DNA of 63,777 bases, counting the filler. It is 8 parts of 8 records of this genome, joined end to end, with 100 filler letters (N's around TTAATTAATTAA, not from the genome) between each part and the next. Parts side by side here need not be neighbours in the genome. Positions count along the whole stretch, not along the records: positions 34,021 to 43,226 come from SRR31156797_4882; positions 43,327 to 51,795 come from SRR31156797_4887; positions 51,896 to 58,043 come from SRR31156797_4889; 5 more parts are not named here. One strand, 5' to 3'. A program made the translations under genes and the position numbers. Below the pieces are notes generated by a model. The model saw nothing but the letters and a program-made list of their open reading frames with translations, was not told the DNA's origin and searched no databases. The first letter of the stretch is position 1. The number at the start of each line of letters is the position of its first letter. Below, one piece after another: positions 42,694-53,008 of the stretch.

Positions 42694-42721
42694 GATCCTA
42701 TGCGTTCTGTTCGATAAGGAA

Positions 42722-42753
42722 TGCGGAGAGAGTTCTCGCCAGCTCTCTCCGCA
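42722..42753 (-). terminator. Hairpin after the small ORF
   Basis: TGCGGAGAGAG / CTCTCTCCGCA perfect 11-bp stem. Confidence 0.55.
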
Positions 42754-42760
42754 ATTCATT

Positions 42761-42937
42761 CTAAGAAATAAATATATTCCTGAAGGCCAGGAGCAGCAGA
42801 GAGAGCTTGCTGTGCTGATCGCGCAGCTTGCTCTTGATACGGCAGGCCTTCAGTTTCCGGCATTCCTCAAGTCTCTGCTCCAGACCGACTCTGTCGGCCC
42901 TGAACAGTGCTTCAAAATCGTGATGATTCTCGTACAT
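42761..42937 (-). CDS. Small hypothetical protein (58 aa)
   Basis: MYENHHDFEALFRADRVGLEQRLEECRKLKACRIKSKLRDQHSKLSLLLLAFRNIFIS; AAAGGT SD-like site; followed by a hairpin; not in ORF track. Confidence 0.55.
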   Translation of the reverse strand: MYENHHDFEALFRADRVGLEQRLEECRKLKACRIKSKLRDQHSKLSLLLLAFRNIFIS

Positions 42938-43226
42938 TTCTCAATACCTTTGGTATCCGCTTCTTGCATCGGATATGTTCTGTAAGGAAAGTACGGCGCC
43001 GGTTCGCCTCTGGTTTTCTACAGAGCCGACTCCGCACTTCTCGATAAGGATGCACCTGTCCGGCGGCCCGCGGCCCTCCGGTCCTCTCTTCTTGCGTTGT
43101 CAAATAGCATTCATAGTCCTCCCTCCATTGCAGAAAGATGTCTTGTGTTTCCATACCCGGCCCGATCAGGTCTTCGGGTATATCCTATCAGGCGCTGTTC
43201 CTTCAGGAGGCGCGCTTCTCCCTCGG

Positions 43227-43326
43227 NNNNNNNNNNNNNNNNNNNNNNNNNNNNNNNNNNNNNNNNNNNNTTAATTAATTAANNNNNNNNNNNNNNNNNN
43301 NNNNNNNNNNNNNNNNNNNNNNNNNN
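43227..43326. other. Artificial contig linker
   Basis: N-run with TTAATTAATTAA. Confidence 0.97.
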
Positions 43327-44009
43327 GGAATAGATTTTTTGGGATCTTTTAAATCGCCACTTAAACCTACGCCTGCTGTCATTCCCGTAAAGGCAGGGAA
43401 ACAAATAGCAAACCACACAAAAAAGTTATCCTTATTTCTGAAAACAAAGTTAGAGGCATAATCGCCGGCTTCGTAAAACTCTGTTTTACCCAGAAAAAAC
43501 ATTACCAGAGAAAAGAACAAAATTACAACTACAATATACAGGGCTTTGATACCCATATTGGAACCTTTTTTAAGAATAATAAAGGCTAACAATAACATAG
43601 CCGGAACACTAATGGCTTGACGAGGCAAGACGAAACCGTAGTTATTTTGTATCCAGTTAAACAATGGTTCAAAAGCTTCGGTAAAAGCGATTACATAAAA
43701 AGCAACACTAATGGCCTGTGATAAATACAAAGCCATACCAATGGTTGCGCCAATATTTAAACCAAAAGAGCGGGATATAATAAAATACTCTCCTCCTCCC
43801 TCGACTCTTGTATTGGTTGCTATTTCCGAAATAGCTAAAGCAGTTGGAATGGTAATTAAGTGTCCTAACACAATAATACCTAAAGCTCCCCAAAAGCCAA
43901 GTTCTCCTACTGCCATTCCAAAACGTAGAAATAATATAGCGCCTAATATGGTTGATATAGCGGTAAAAAACACCGGAGCAGTTCCTAATCCTGATTTTGT
44001 TTTACTCAT
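43327..44009 (-). CDS. APC-superfamily permease, cation-chloride cotransporter (SLC12)-like (3' truncated)
   Basis: ILGAILFLRFG, AISEIATN...GGGEYFIISRSFG, FPAFTG..AG..LSGDLKDPKKSI. Confidence 0.88.
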
Positions 44010-44165
44010 AAATATTGTGTTTTTATAAAGACTCTTATGTTACAATGTAGGAAAAACTGGTTAATAAATGGATATTCTATACTGGCCAATAGTCAATAGT
44101 TATTTGGTGTTAGTTATTGGTAAATGTTTATTGATAACTGATCAATCATCCCTGTTCTCTGATAG

Positions 44166-45230
44166 TTAAATCCATTTTTTACGTTTAAAGTAAAATAACA
44201 TGGCCAGGGTAACTACTAACATGACGCCCCACATACCGAAATATCCAAAACGCCATTTTAACTCGGGTATATAATCGAAGTTGGTTCCATAAATTCCGGC
44301 AATAAAGGTTAAAGGAATAAAAGCCACTGAAAAAATGGTTAGCACCTTCATTACATCATTTAGCTTGGAACTTACATTGGTATGATAAATATTCAACTGG
44401 TCGCTTAACATTTCCTTGTAGCTATTTACTGAATCCAAGGCCTGATTAATATTACTTTGTAATTCATTAAAAAAGATCAAATTATCATCATCAATAAACT
44501 CAGTATCTAATTTTACCAACGACAGTATCAACTCGCGACATGGATGAACTGCTTTACGCAAATACAGAAGCTCGCTTTTATAAGTATTTAATTGATGTAG
44601 GAGATTGCGATTGGTTGAGTTGATTAGCAGTTCGTCCATCATTTCCACCTTCTCTCCTATCTTACTAATAATATAACTATAGTTATCGATAATAATATCG
44701 ACCAAAGCAAATAATAGATAATCACTGCCCAAGTTCCTCACTCTTCGTTTAGGATTTTGTAATCTCTCCCGAACAGGATTAAATACATCTCCTACCCTTT
44801 CCTGAAAAGAGAGCAACATTCCTTCTTTAATAACAAATGCAATGTTTTCGGTTTGAACGGCATTTTTATCTTCTTCATATGTCAGCATTTTTAAACTAAG
44901 GTATAAACAATCCTCATGCTCTACTATGCGAGGTCGGGCATGTGTATTGAGCACATCGGCTAAAACATGTTGACTAATATTAATTTGAGATGTTAAATCG
45001 TGCAATAAGTCAACATCATGTAAACCGTAAATATTTATCCAGTTAATACAATTCTTATTTATAGATGTAATTAGTTCGGATACTTCGGCAGGACGATAAA
45101 CTTCTATTTGTTCTTTATTGTATGAGATAAGATTTAAGAGGGTATTGTCTATCTTCTTTTCTCCTCTAAAATAAAGACTATCGGGCGACAAGCCTATATG
45201 CTCTTTTTTTGCTTTTAAAAATCTTGCCAT
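44166..45230 (-). CDS. corA: Magnesium/cobalt transporter CorA
   Basis: MKVLTI, PLTFIAGIYGTNF (GMN-site variant GTN), PELKW.FGY. Confidence 0.92.
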   Translation of the reverse strand: MARFLKAKKEHIGLSPDSLYFRGEKKIDNTLLNLISYNKEQIEVYRPAEVSELITSINKNCINWINIYGLHDVDLLHDLTSQINISQHVLADVLNTHARPRIVEHEDCLYLSLKMLTYEEDKNAVQTENIAFVIKEGMLLSFQERVGDVFNPVRERLQNPKRRVRNLGSDYLLFALVDIIIDNYSYIISKIGEKVEMMDELLINSTNRNLLHQLNTYKSELLYLRKAVHPCRELILSLVKLDTEFIDDDNLIFFNELQSNINQALDSVNSYKEMLSDQLNIYHTNVSSKLNDVMKVLTIFSVAFIPLTFIAGIYGTNFDYIPELKWRFGYFGMWGVMLVVTLAMLFYFKRKKWI

Positions 45231-45650
45231 ATTATATTCTTTTATTACTATGCTAAATGTAAATAATATTCCTGAAACTAAAGGAGGAATAAGAAAAAGG
45301 TGAAAAGCTTAAGAGTAATGAGATTCATGAAGTGGAATGTTTGATAATTCCATACAGTTACCAATTACAGCATTTTGATAATTGATCTCTAAAAACTGTT
45401 GACTGTTTTTGTCTTTATGGTTATATTAGGATAAACGGGACGTTATTTTGATACCCCAGATAAAATAACAACTTAAAGTCCGAATCCGTGACAATTACAA
45501 TCGTAATTGCCTCCCTAAAAAAAAGCCACTCATTAAAATGTGAGTTGCCGCCTTCACCTCACTATTTATAGACAGGTACAAGTTTGTATACGCAATAAGT
45601 ATACATTATCCTGTTACGACTTTTGGTTATTAATTAAAAAAAGGTGTATT

Positions 45651-47180
45651 ATGAAAACGCAACTCTTACTTCTTTGTTTTTTATGGATAAGTTCGCTTGT
45701 TCTATCACAAACCACTACAATCCCTGACGCTAATTTTGAAAACTATTTGGAAACACACAACGCCGGTGGAGAATCGGTTAGCGTTGGCGATCCTACCAGC
45801 ATGGGCGATGGCATTGCTGACAACAACTTGGTAACAACGGCCAACATAAGCGATGTAACGGTATTAGGTGTGGCTTCTCAATCGATAAGCGATTTAACAG
45901 GGATTGAAGATTTTACATCTTTAACTAATTTAGTATGTAATAATAACAGTCTTACTTCATTAGATTTATCCAGCAATACGAATCTGGCTAGCATTTTTTG
46001 TCATTATAATCAATTAACCAGTCTGACATTACCCAACTCCAGTAATCTAACCCGAATAGATTGTTATAACAATAACCTTAGTTCTCTAAATGTTTCTAAC
46101 AATCCTATGCTTACGATTTTATGGTGTTATCGCAATAGTCTAACTTCATTAGATGCTTCGGTAAATACCCTGCTTACTAACTTTGATTGCAGTAATAATG
46201 ACCTAACTTCAGTCATTGTTCCCAGTACCGCTACTTTAACACGATTCAGGTGTGATATCAATGAATTAAATTCCGTTGACATCAGCAACAATCCAAACCT
46301 TAGTGAGTTTCATTGTTCAACCAATCCAATAACTAACTTAGATGTTTCTAATAATGTATACCTTACCCGATTGTTTTGTAGCTCCACAAATATTACAAGT
46401 CTTGATGTAAGCAATCATTCTATCTTAGAAAGGTTAGACTGCGCTTATAATGATTTACTCTCCAGCTTAACTTTACCAATCAGCAATATGCTTACCCGCT
46501 TATATATTCCAGGCAATTCATTGAGCAGTTTAGATATTACAGGAAATCCCTATCTGGAATTTTTAAATTGCGGAGAAAATAACCTTACATCTTTAAACCT
46601 CACTTACAATACTGCGCTAACCGAGTTATGGGCCTGGGGCAATCAGTTTACCGCATTGGATGTAAGCAATAATGCACAACTACAATCACTGGATTGTGGA
46701 ATTAATAGTATCAGTTCATTAGATGTAAGCATGCTACCTGCCTTATCGGAACTATATTGCAACCAAAATCAGCTGGTACATTTAAATCTTCAGAGTGGTT
46801 ATAATAATATATTGGAATATCTTTGGGCACACGACAATCCTGATTTAAACTGTATACAGGTTGATGCTGTTCCTGTTACCTACCCAAACTGGCAAAAAGA
46901 TATTACTGCTACTTATGCCACAAGTTGTACTACAAATACAAATGATATTGAAAACGTAAAAGTAGGTATTTATCCAAATCCTACCCATAATGTATTGTAT
47001 GTAAATGCAGATGGATATGGTTCTTATCAGGTATTATCTATAGATGGCAGCGTTGTAGGAAGTGGCGTATTGAATGAGGGAACAAATGTTATTGATGTGG
47101 AAAGTTTATCAAATGGAGTTTATCTGCTGGAAGTGAATACTTCATATTCTGATAATGCTTATAAGTTTATGAAGAAATAA
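45651..47180 (+). CDS. Internalin-like leucine-rich repeat protein with T9SS C-terminal sorting domain
   Basis: IPDANFENYL cap, many LxxLxCxxNxLxxLD repeats, IYPNP...GVYLLEV...KFMKK; start at MKTQLLLL. Confidence 0.9.
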   Translation: MKTQLLLLCFLWISSLVLSQTTTIPDANFENYLETHNAGGESVSVGDPTSMGDGIADNNLVTTANISDVTVLGVASQSISDLTGIEDFTSLTNLVCNNNSLTSLDLSSNTNLASIFCHYNQLTSLTLPNSSNLTRIDCYNNNLSSLNVSNNPMLTILWCYRNSLTSLDASVNTLLTNFDCSNNDLTSVIVPSTATLTRFRCDINELNSVDISNNPNLSEFHCSTNPITNLDVSNNVYLTRLFCSSTNITSLDVSNHSILERLDCAYNDLLSSLTLPISNMLTRLYIPGNSLSSLDITGNPYLEFLNCGENNLTSLNLTYNTALTELWAWGNQFTALDVSNNAQLQSLDCGINSISSLDVSMLPALSELYCNQNQLVHLNLQSGYNNILEYLWAHDNPDLNCIQVDAVPVTYPNWQKDITATYATSCTTNTNDIENVKVGIYPNPTHNVLYVNADGYGSYQVLSIDGSVVGSGVLNEGTNVIDVESLSNGVYLLEVNTSYSDNAYKFMKK

Positions 47181-47430
47181 TAATCTAAAAAATCTATTAA
47201 CATCTTTATTTGATGGCTTACAAAGCTACTTTAATGAGCTTTAATAAAGCAAAAAGGGAAGAATGACATCAAGTTTATCTTTGGCTTTAATTGAGCAAGC
47301 AATACAATTAATAAAACCGAGTGTTATTGTTATTATTGATTTTACTTGCTTTTCAGAGAACAAAAATCGATCTTATGCCTTTCTTCTTTTTTGCTTAACT
47401 GAAGGAGTAATTTTACTCATGAAATAATAT

Positions 47431-49344
47431 ATGACAAACAAAACAAAACGCATTCATTCATTAGCAACCAAAAAATACTTATTGGTTGTCAGCTTTATTA
47501 TACTAGGAATATTTACCTGCTCCTTAGCTGCTCAACAAAATGAAGTAATAAAAGAAGATACCACCTCTATACAAACCGTTTCTAATACATTTGAATTACT
47601 ACGAAAGGCAGACTCCATTCGTTTGGCAGATTCTATTCAAAAAATCATCTTAACCAAACAGCTTGAAGATTTAAAATCAAATGAATACAGCAAGCGAAGG
47701 CGTTTAGAAAAGGAAATGAAAAGGTTGACTTATAATGACTCCATCAAAAAAGTACGCCTTAAAAATGAAATAGATTCTTTAAAGAAAACCGCCCAGGGAT
47801 TTCCGGTAGTGCCTTATAAAGATACTTTGTTTAGGGTTTACACAGGAATAGGAATTATTACAGCACAGGAACGAGCTCAGCTTATTGAAAAACGGTTAAA
47901 AACGGCATACAAACAATATATGTATGATCGAGATTCTTTAGCTGTGGTAGATTATGGTCAATCGGTTGATATTGTTTGGGGAGAGAAGTCTCTGTTATCC
48001 ATAAGCGAACCGGATGCCATTTGGTTTGAAAAACCAAAAATTGACATTGCTAATCGTTACCAGGCTGCACTGTTAAAGGATATTGAAATTTATAAAGATG
48101 ATAAAAACCTGTTTTCTGTACTAAAAGAGGTGGGATTAGTATTGCTGGTGCTGGCACTTTTATTTGGAGCAATAAAATTGATTAACCAGCTATATAAAAA
48201 GAAGGTCATCAAAAAGATTATTTCCATGAAAGATAGTTGGTTTACCGGATTCAACATTCGTAACTATCAACTACTCGATGCAGATTCTCAGGTAAAAACT
48301 GTTTTGTTTCTTTTTAATATTGTTCGCTATCTGTTTATTGCATTTTTATTGTACGTTACCATACCTATCATATTTAGCATTTTCCCACCTACCAAAACCA
48401 TTGCAGATAAGCTTTTTGGATATATTTTGTCTCCTGTAAAAACGATACTTTACTCCATATTAGGCTATATCCCTAATTTAATAACCATTGCAGTTATTGT
48501 TATTGCTTTTAAATATTTGATTAAAGGTGTACGTTTTTTATCGCAGGAAGTAGAGCAGGAAAAGCTTAAAATACCAGGGTTTTATCCGGACTGGGCTAAA
48601 CCAACTTTTAATATCATACGCGTATTACTAAATGCTTTTATGATTGTAATGATATTTCCTCTTTTACCGCGAAGTAATGATGACATATTTAAGGGAGTCA
48701 GTGTTTTCCTTGGAATTATGATTTCTATAGGTTCTTCCTCGGCAATTGGTAATTTAGTTTCCGGACTAGTGATTACTTACATGCGACCGTTTAAAATTGG
48801 AGACCGTATTAAGATTGGAGAGACCATAGGGGATGTTATTGAAAAGACACCGTTTGTAACCAGAGTAAAAACACCTAAGAATGAGTTTATCACCATCCCT
48901 AACAGCAGCGTTCTAGCTTCCAGCGTAGTAAATTATAGTACTACCAGCAGCGAAGAAGGTATTATTTTGCATACAACCGTTACTATTGGATATGATGTTC
49001 CCTGGCGAAAGGTTCATGAATTATTAATTGGCGCTGCTATCAAAACCAATCATATTAAATCAGATCCTGCTCCTTTTGTATTGCAAACGAGTTTGGATGA
49101 TTTTTATGTGTCGTACCAGTTAAATGCTTATTCAAGTAAACCAGATCGTCAGCCAAGAGTATATTCTGAGTTGCATCAGCACATTCAGGATTTATTCAAT
49201 GAAGCCGGAGTTGAAATTATGTCACCCCATTATAGAGGAAACCGAAATGGAGATGAATCTACTATTCCAAGACAATATTGGGAACAAAAAAAAGGAAATA
49301 CGGAACACGGAAAAGAGAATAAAAACAATGAGGAAGGAGAATAA
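47431..49344 (+). CDS. MscS-family mechanosensitive channel with large periplasmic N-terminus
   Basis: NLVSGLVITYMRPFKIGDRI, TIPNS, VTIGYDV, GVEI. Confidence 0.92.
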   Translation: MTNKTKRIHSLATKKYLLVVSFIILGIFTCSLAAQQNEVIKEDTTSIQTVSNTFELLRKADSIRLADSIQKIILTKQLEDLKSNEYSKRRRLEKEMKRLTYNDSIKKVRLKNEIDSLKKTAQGFPVVPYKDTLFRVYTGIGIITAQERAQLIEKRLKTAYKQYMYDRDSLAVVDYGQSVDIVWGEKSLLSISEPDAIWFEKPKIDIANRYQAALLKDIEIYKDDKNLFSVLKEVGLVLLVLALLFGAIKLINQLYKKKVIKKIISMKDSWFTGFNIRNYQLLDADSQVKTVLFLFNIVRYLFIAFLLYVTIPIIFSIFPPTKTIADKLFGYILSPVKTILYSILGYIPNLITIAVIVIAFKYLIKGVRFLSQEVEQEKLKIPGFYPDWAKPTFNIIRVLLNAFMIVMIFPLLPRSNDDIFKGVSVFLGIMISIGSSSAIGNLVSGLVITYMRPFKIGDRIKIGETIGDVIEKTPFVTRVKTPKNEFITIPNSSVLASSVVNYSTTSSEEGIILHTTVTIGYDVPWRKVHELLIGAAIKTNHIKSDPAPFVLQTSLDDFYVSYQLNAYSSKPDRQPRVYSELHQHIQDLFNEAGVEIMSPHYRGNRNGDESTIPRQYWEQKKGNTEHGKENKNNEEGE

Positions 49345-49603
49345 TATTTATGTAGCCTACGTTTAAAATCACCTCAAAAAACGATTAACAAAGTAATTGC
49401 TTTTATCCTTTATAGAAGGCTTAATAGTCTTAACTCTGCTATTCTCATTAATTAGGAAGATACTCCATCTTTGACTATATTATATATCATTTTAAACAAT
49501 ATCAATTATTCGACACCCTCCATTCATCCCCTAAATATCTATAATAAACATAGCCATTTGTGTTTACACGTCCATTTAAACCATAACTTAATTTAATAAT
49601 AAT

Positions 49604-49668
49604 GACGATTATAAGTGCTTATACGACGATTTTGCAACTACCAATTAACATCTGTTTAAATACTTTTA
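49604..49668 (+). promoter_or_regulatory. GACGATT direct repeat (21-bp period) and -7-like box
   Basis: GACGATT at 49604 and 49625; TACTTTTA at 49661. Confidence 0.5.
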
Positions 49669-49698
49669 ATCTTTATTAACCTTTAATTATTAATTATT

Positions 49699-51795
49699 AT
49701 GAAGCTCTTTAATACAATATTATTGTGCTTATTTCTTGTTATGGGTATAAAAACCCAAGCACAAGATGTTACAGATACATACTTAACAAATCCCAGTTTC
49801 GAAACTGGAGATCTTTCTGGCTGGACACTTACGGGTGCTGATGGTTATGGCTGGAATACAACAGGTAATGATGGTGATGGATCTCAGGATGGAGCCTATA
49901 ATGCAGGAGTTTGGAACAGGCCTATTGGAGATGTAGAATGGGCTCAAACAATAACAGATCTTCCCAACGGCTTCTACAAAGTTAGTTGCCTTATGAGTGT
50001 CACTGATGTCACTTCCTGGACCGATGGCGTTTCTAAAAGAATTACAACACAACGTTTATATGCTAATGAAAAAAGTGTATTGTACGGATACGAATCTAAT
50101 TATTCAGCTGAAAACCTTGCCATCTTATCAGGTTTGGAAGATTATTCCTTTTTTCATTTAGAAACAGCTTCAGCCGAAAATGGTCCATTTTACCCAATTT
50201 CAACGATTGTAGAGGTTACTGACGGAAATTTAGTGATCGGAGCAAGAACAAACGGAGATGCTTCTGCATACGCATTCGATTTTCAAGGAGAAAACACTGA
50301 TAGAGGGTTCTTTAAAATTGATGGATTCACATTAACGGATGTTTCAGATTTACTTATTGAATCTTTAAGCATTGGAGGAGAAACCATTACAGACATAGAC
50401 TTTACTGATGTTTTACTTTTATCAATGGATTTACCTACTGAAACAACAGAAATCCCCGAAATAGTTGCCACTGTAGGAGAAGGTGTTACAGTAGATATTG
50501 TACCTGCACTACCTGGAAAAACAGAAATAATATTAACTTCTGCAGATGAAAGTTATTCAACATCTTATTATATTGAATTTACTAAAGTTTCTGATGCAAC
50601 ATTAAAGGGCATAGATGCAAATACTGGAGAACTTTCTCCTGAATTTAATAGAACAACAACTGAATATGAATTATTTGTAGACTACGGCATAACTTCTATT
50701 AATTTAGACTTAACACCAACTGTTCCTAATGCAAGCATATCTGTGTATGATTATAACTCAGGAGATGCATTAAGTCTTGACGAAGCAATTACCTGGACAG
50801 AAGAAGAGGAAGGTATTGATTTAGAAATTATAGTTACTTCGGAGGATGAAAGTTCACAAATTACATATGTATTATCCATATTGTATAATCAATTAGCATC
50901 AACAGCCACCTTAAGTAATATTGAGTCTTCTATAGGAAACTTAACTACCGAAGTAGATCCTGTTGTTACAGAGTATGAATTAGTAGTTCCTATTGGTACT
51001 GAATCTGTAGATATCTCTGCTGTTGCTACAGCTGAAGCTGCAAATATAACAGGCGTTGGAACTATAGCTTTGACAGATGGGACAGGTTCTACAACAATAT
51101 CAGTTACTTCGCCTGATGAAACAAACACTATAAATTATTCTCTTAATATCCGAGAAGCTTATGTATTAACAGATCAAGACTATTTTATTCAACAAAAACT
51201 TCAAGGTTATGTCTTAGGGGAATTAGACGGATATCTTAAATTGCAAGAACCTGAATTAAATAAAGCAACACAATATTTCAGGTTTGTTGATAGTGGTGTT
51301 GGTGGCGAATATTATCTACAAAACAAAAATGATAGGTACTTAACAAGTACTTTTAATCCTGTTTGGGATATGGTTTTTGCAGATGCATTATCAGCTGATT
51401 TAGATAGCTGTCGTTGGAGATTAGAACCTGAAGAAACTGGAGGTTATAGAATTGTTACTGTTGCTAGAGAAAATGATGACTATAGATTTGTTGCTCCTCA
51501 TGAATTAGGATTAGGTAAAGGAGTTTTTAATGACAAACCATACAGCTGGGAGGATGTTGGTAATATTTGGGAAATCAAAGATATATTTGATCTTGTAGAT
51601 CCATACAATACCTCTTTAGATACATTTATTGTTGATGAAGGTGTTTCTATTTCTCCAGATGTAGCTAAAGGTGTTACAGACTATTATGTTGTTTTACCGG
51701 TTGGAGGTTTACAAACTTTGAATATAGCAGCTACTGCAATTGATGAAACAGCAACTGTTAGTGGTGATGGAGCTATTGATGTTTCGAATGGAAGT
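49699..51795 (+). CDS. Secreted multidomain acidic protein with CBM-like and cadherin-like beta-sandwich repeats (3' truncated)
   Basis: Signal peptide; LTNPSFETGDLSGW; repeated ATLxxI...L.P.F....TEY units. Confidence 0.7.
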
Positions 51796-51895
51796 NNNNN
51801 NNNNNNNNNNNNNNNNNNNNNNNNNNNNNNNNNNNNNNNTTAATTAATTAANNNNNNNNNNNNNNNNNNNNNNNNNNNNNNNNNNNNNNNNNNNN
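51796..51895. other. Artificial contig linker
   Basis: N-run with TTAATTAATTAA. Confidence 0.97.
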
Positions 51896-51973
51896 CCTGA
51901 CCCCATCGAAGCGAGCGAAGCAAATCCAGCCCACGCATCCCTACATCGATCCCTATAACACCGCCTACCCCGG

Positions 51974-53008
51974 TTATGGCTGACCCAAATTAAAATTCAA
52001 GGTGCGTGCCAGTGTCCGGTACATGACACAGGCAAGTTGGACCTCATGGTGTCGGTTGTAGTAGAGCCTGCTGGGGCACTCCCCGGGGCAGCTCCGGTTC
52101 AGGGGGCAGTGGCCGCAATCTTCCCGGCCCCTGGCTTGTCCCAAGGAATAATCTTCCAGGGAAATGCGAGGGGCCGGAGTCCCGGAATCATCCAGGGTGC
52201 CAAAACAAAAACGCGGATCAAAGGCCGTCTGGGTGCAGGGAAACAGGGAACCGTCCGGGGTGACCGCAAGGCTTTTTCCTGCCGCGGCCTGGCAAAAGCA
52301 TTGGGGAGCACGCCCCGGGCTCTGCTCCCTGATCCGGGAGAGCTCCCTTAATTGCAGGCCCTGCCGTCTCATTTTATTGACCGTTTCAAGGGATTGCACC
52401 ATGCGGACCAGGGCCTTTTCAAGCCGGTCCGGTTCCGCCGGTCCCAGGCCCTTTTGGGCATTGCCCTTGCGGATCAACAGATCCAGCCCGATCCCCCTTG
52501 CCCCGGCATAGCCCCCCAGCACAAGGGGCAGCTTGTACAGGGCGTCCACATTCCGGCGGGTCACCACCGTGGTTACGTTAAACGGGATCTTGTTTCGTTC
52601 CAGGACCGACATGCCCTTGAAGGTTGCCGGGGCCGCCCCCCGGGTGTTGTCCTGGATCTCCGGGGGACCGTCCAGGCTGATGCCCACATCCATATGAAAC
52701 CTGGCCATCATTCCGGCCATGTCATTGTCCAGGAGGGTGCCGTTGGTCTGTATCCCCAGGGTGGAACCGGGACTCACCGCCCTCAGCTTTTTGGAGGCGT
52801 ACTCGATCAGATGGGGAACCAAGGTGGGTTCCCCCCCTGAGAGCTGTAAATGAAAGGGGGTGCCGGCGGATGCGGCAAGCTCGATGGCCCCGTCGATCAG
52901 CCCTTCATCCATGGCCCTGTTTGCCTTGTTCTCCCCCAGGTAGCAGTAGGAGCAGTCAAGGTTGCAGGCGCTGGTGAGCATCAGGATCAGATAGGACGGG
53001 ACAGGCAT
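51974..53008 (-). CDS. Radical SAM protein with SPASM-type auxiliary cluster domain
   Basis: CNLDCSYC, GGEPTL, QTNG, ISLDG; C...DGSLFPC...CGHC...C.GEC...C. Confidence 0.92.
   Translation of the reverse strand: MPVPSYLILMLTSACNLDCSYCYLGENKANRAMDEGLIDGAIELAASAGTPFHLQLSGGEPTLVPHLIEYASKKLRAVSPGSTLGIQTNGTLLDNDMAGMMARFHMDVGISLDGPPEIQDNTRGAAPATFKGMSVLERNKIPFNVTTVVTRRNVDALYKLPLVLGGYAGARGIGLDLLIRKGNAQKGLGPAEPDRLEKALVRMVQSLETVNKMRRQGLQLRELSRIREQSPGRAPQCFCQAAAGKSLAVTPDGSLFPCTQTAFDPRFCFGTLDDSGTPAPRISLEDYSLGQARGREDCGHCPLNRSCPGECPSRLYYNRHHEVQLACVMYRTLARTLNFNLGQP

Noticed and set aside
45490-45552. AAAGCC...GAGTTGCCG resembling the 3' half of a c-di-GMP-I riboswitch upstream of the LRR gene
   Set aside because: The P2 GNRA hairpin and receptor elements are not recognisable
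45900-46850. Periodic sequence suggesting a CRISPR array or DNA repeat
   Set aside because: Explained by degenerate LRR coding repeats; no identical repeat-spacer pattern and no cas genes
51896-53008. rSAM/SPASM enzyme as a RiPP maturase
   Set aside because: No precursor peptide, RRE domain or peptidase/exporter is visible; it cannot be excluded beyond the contig ends
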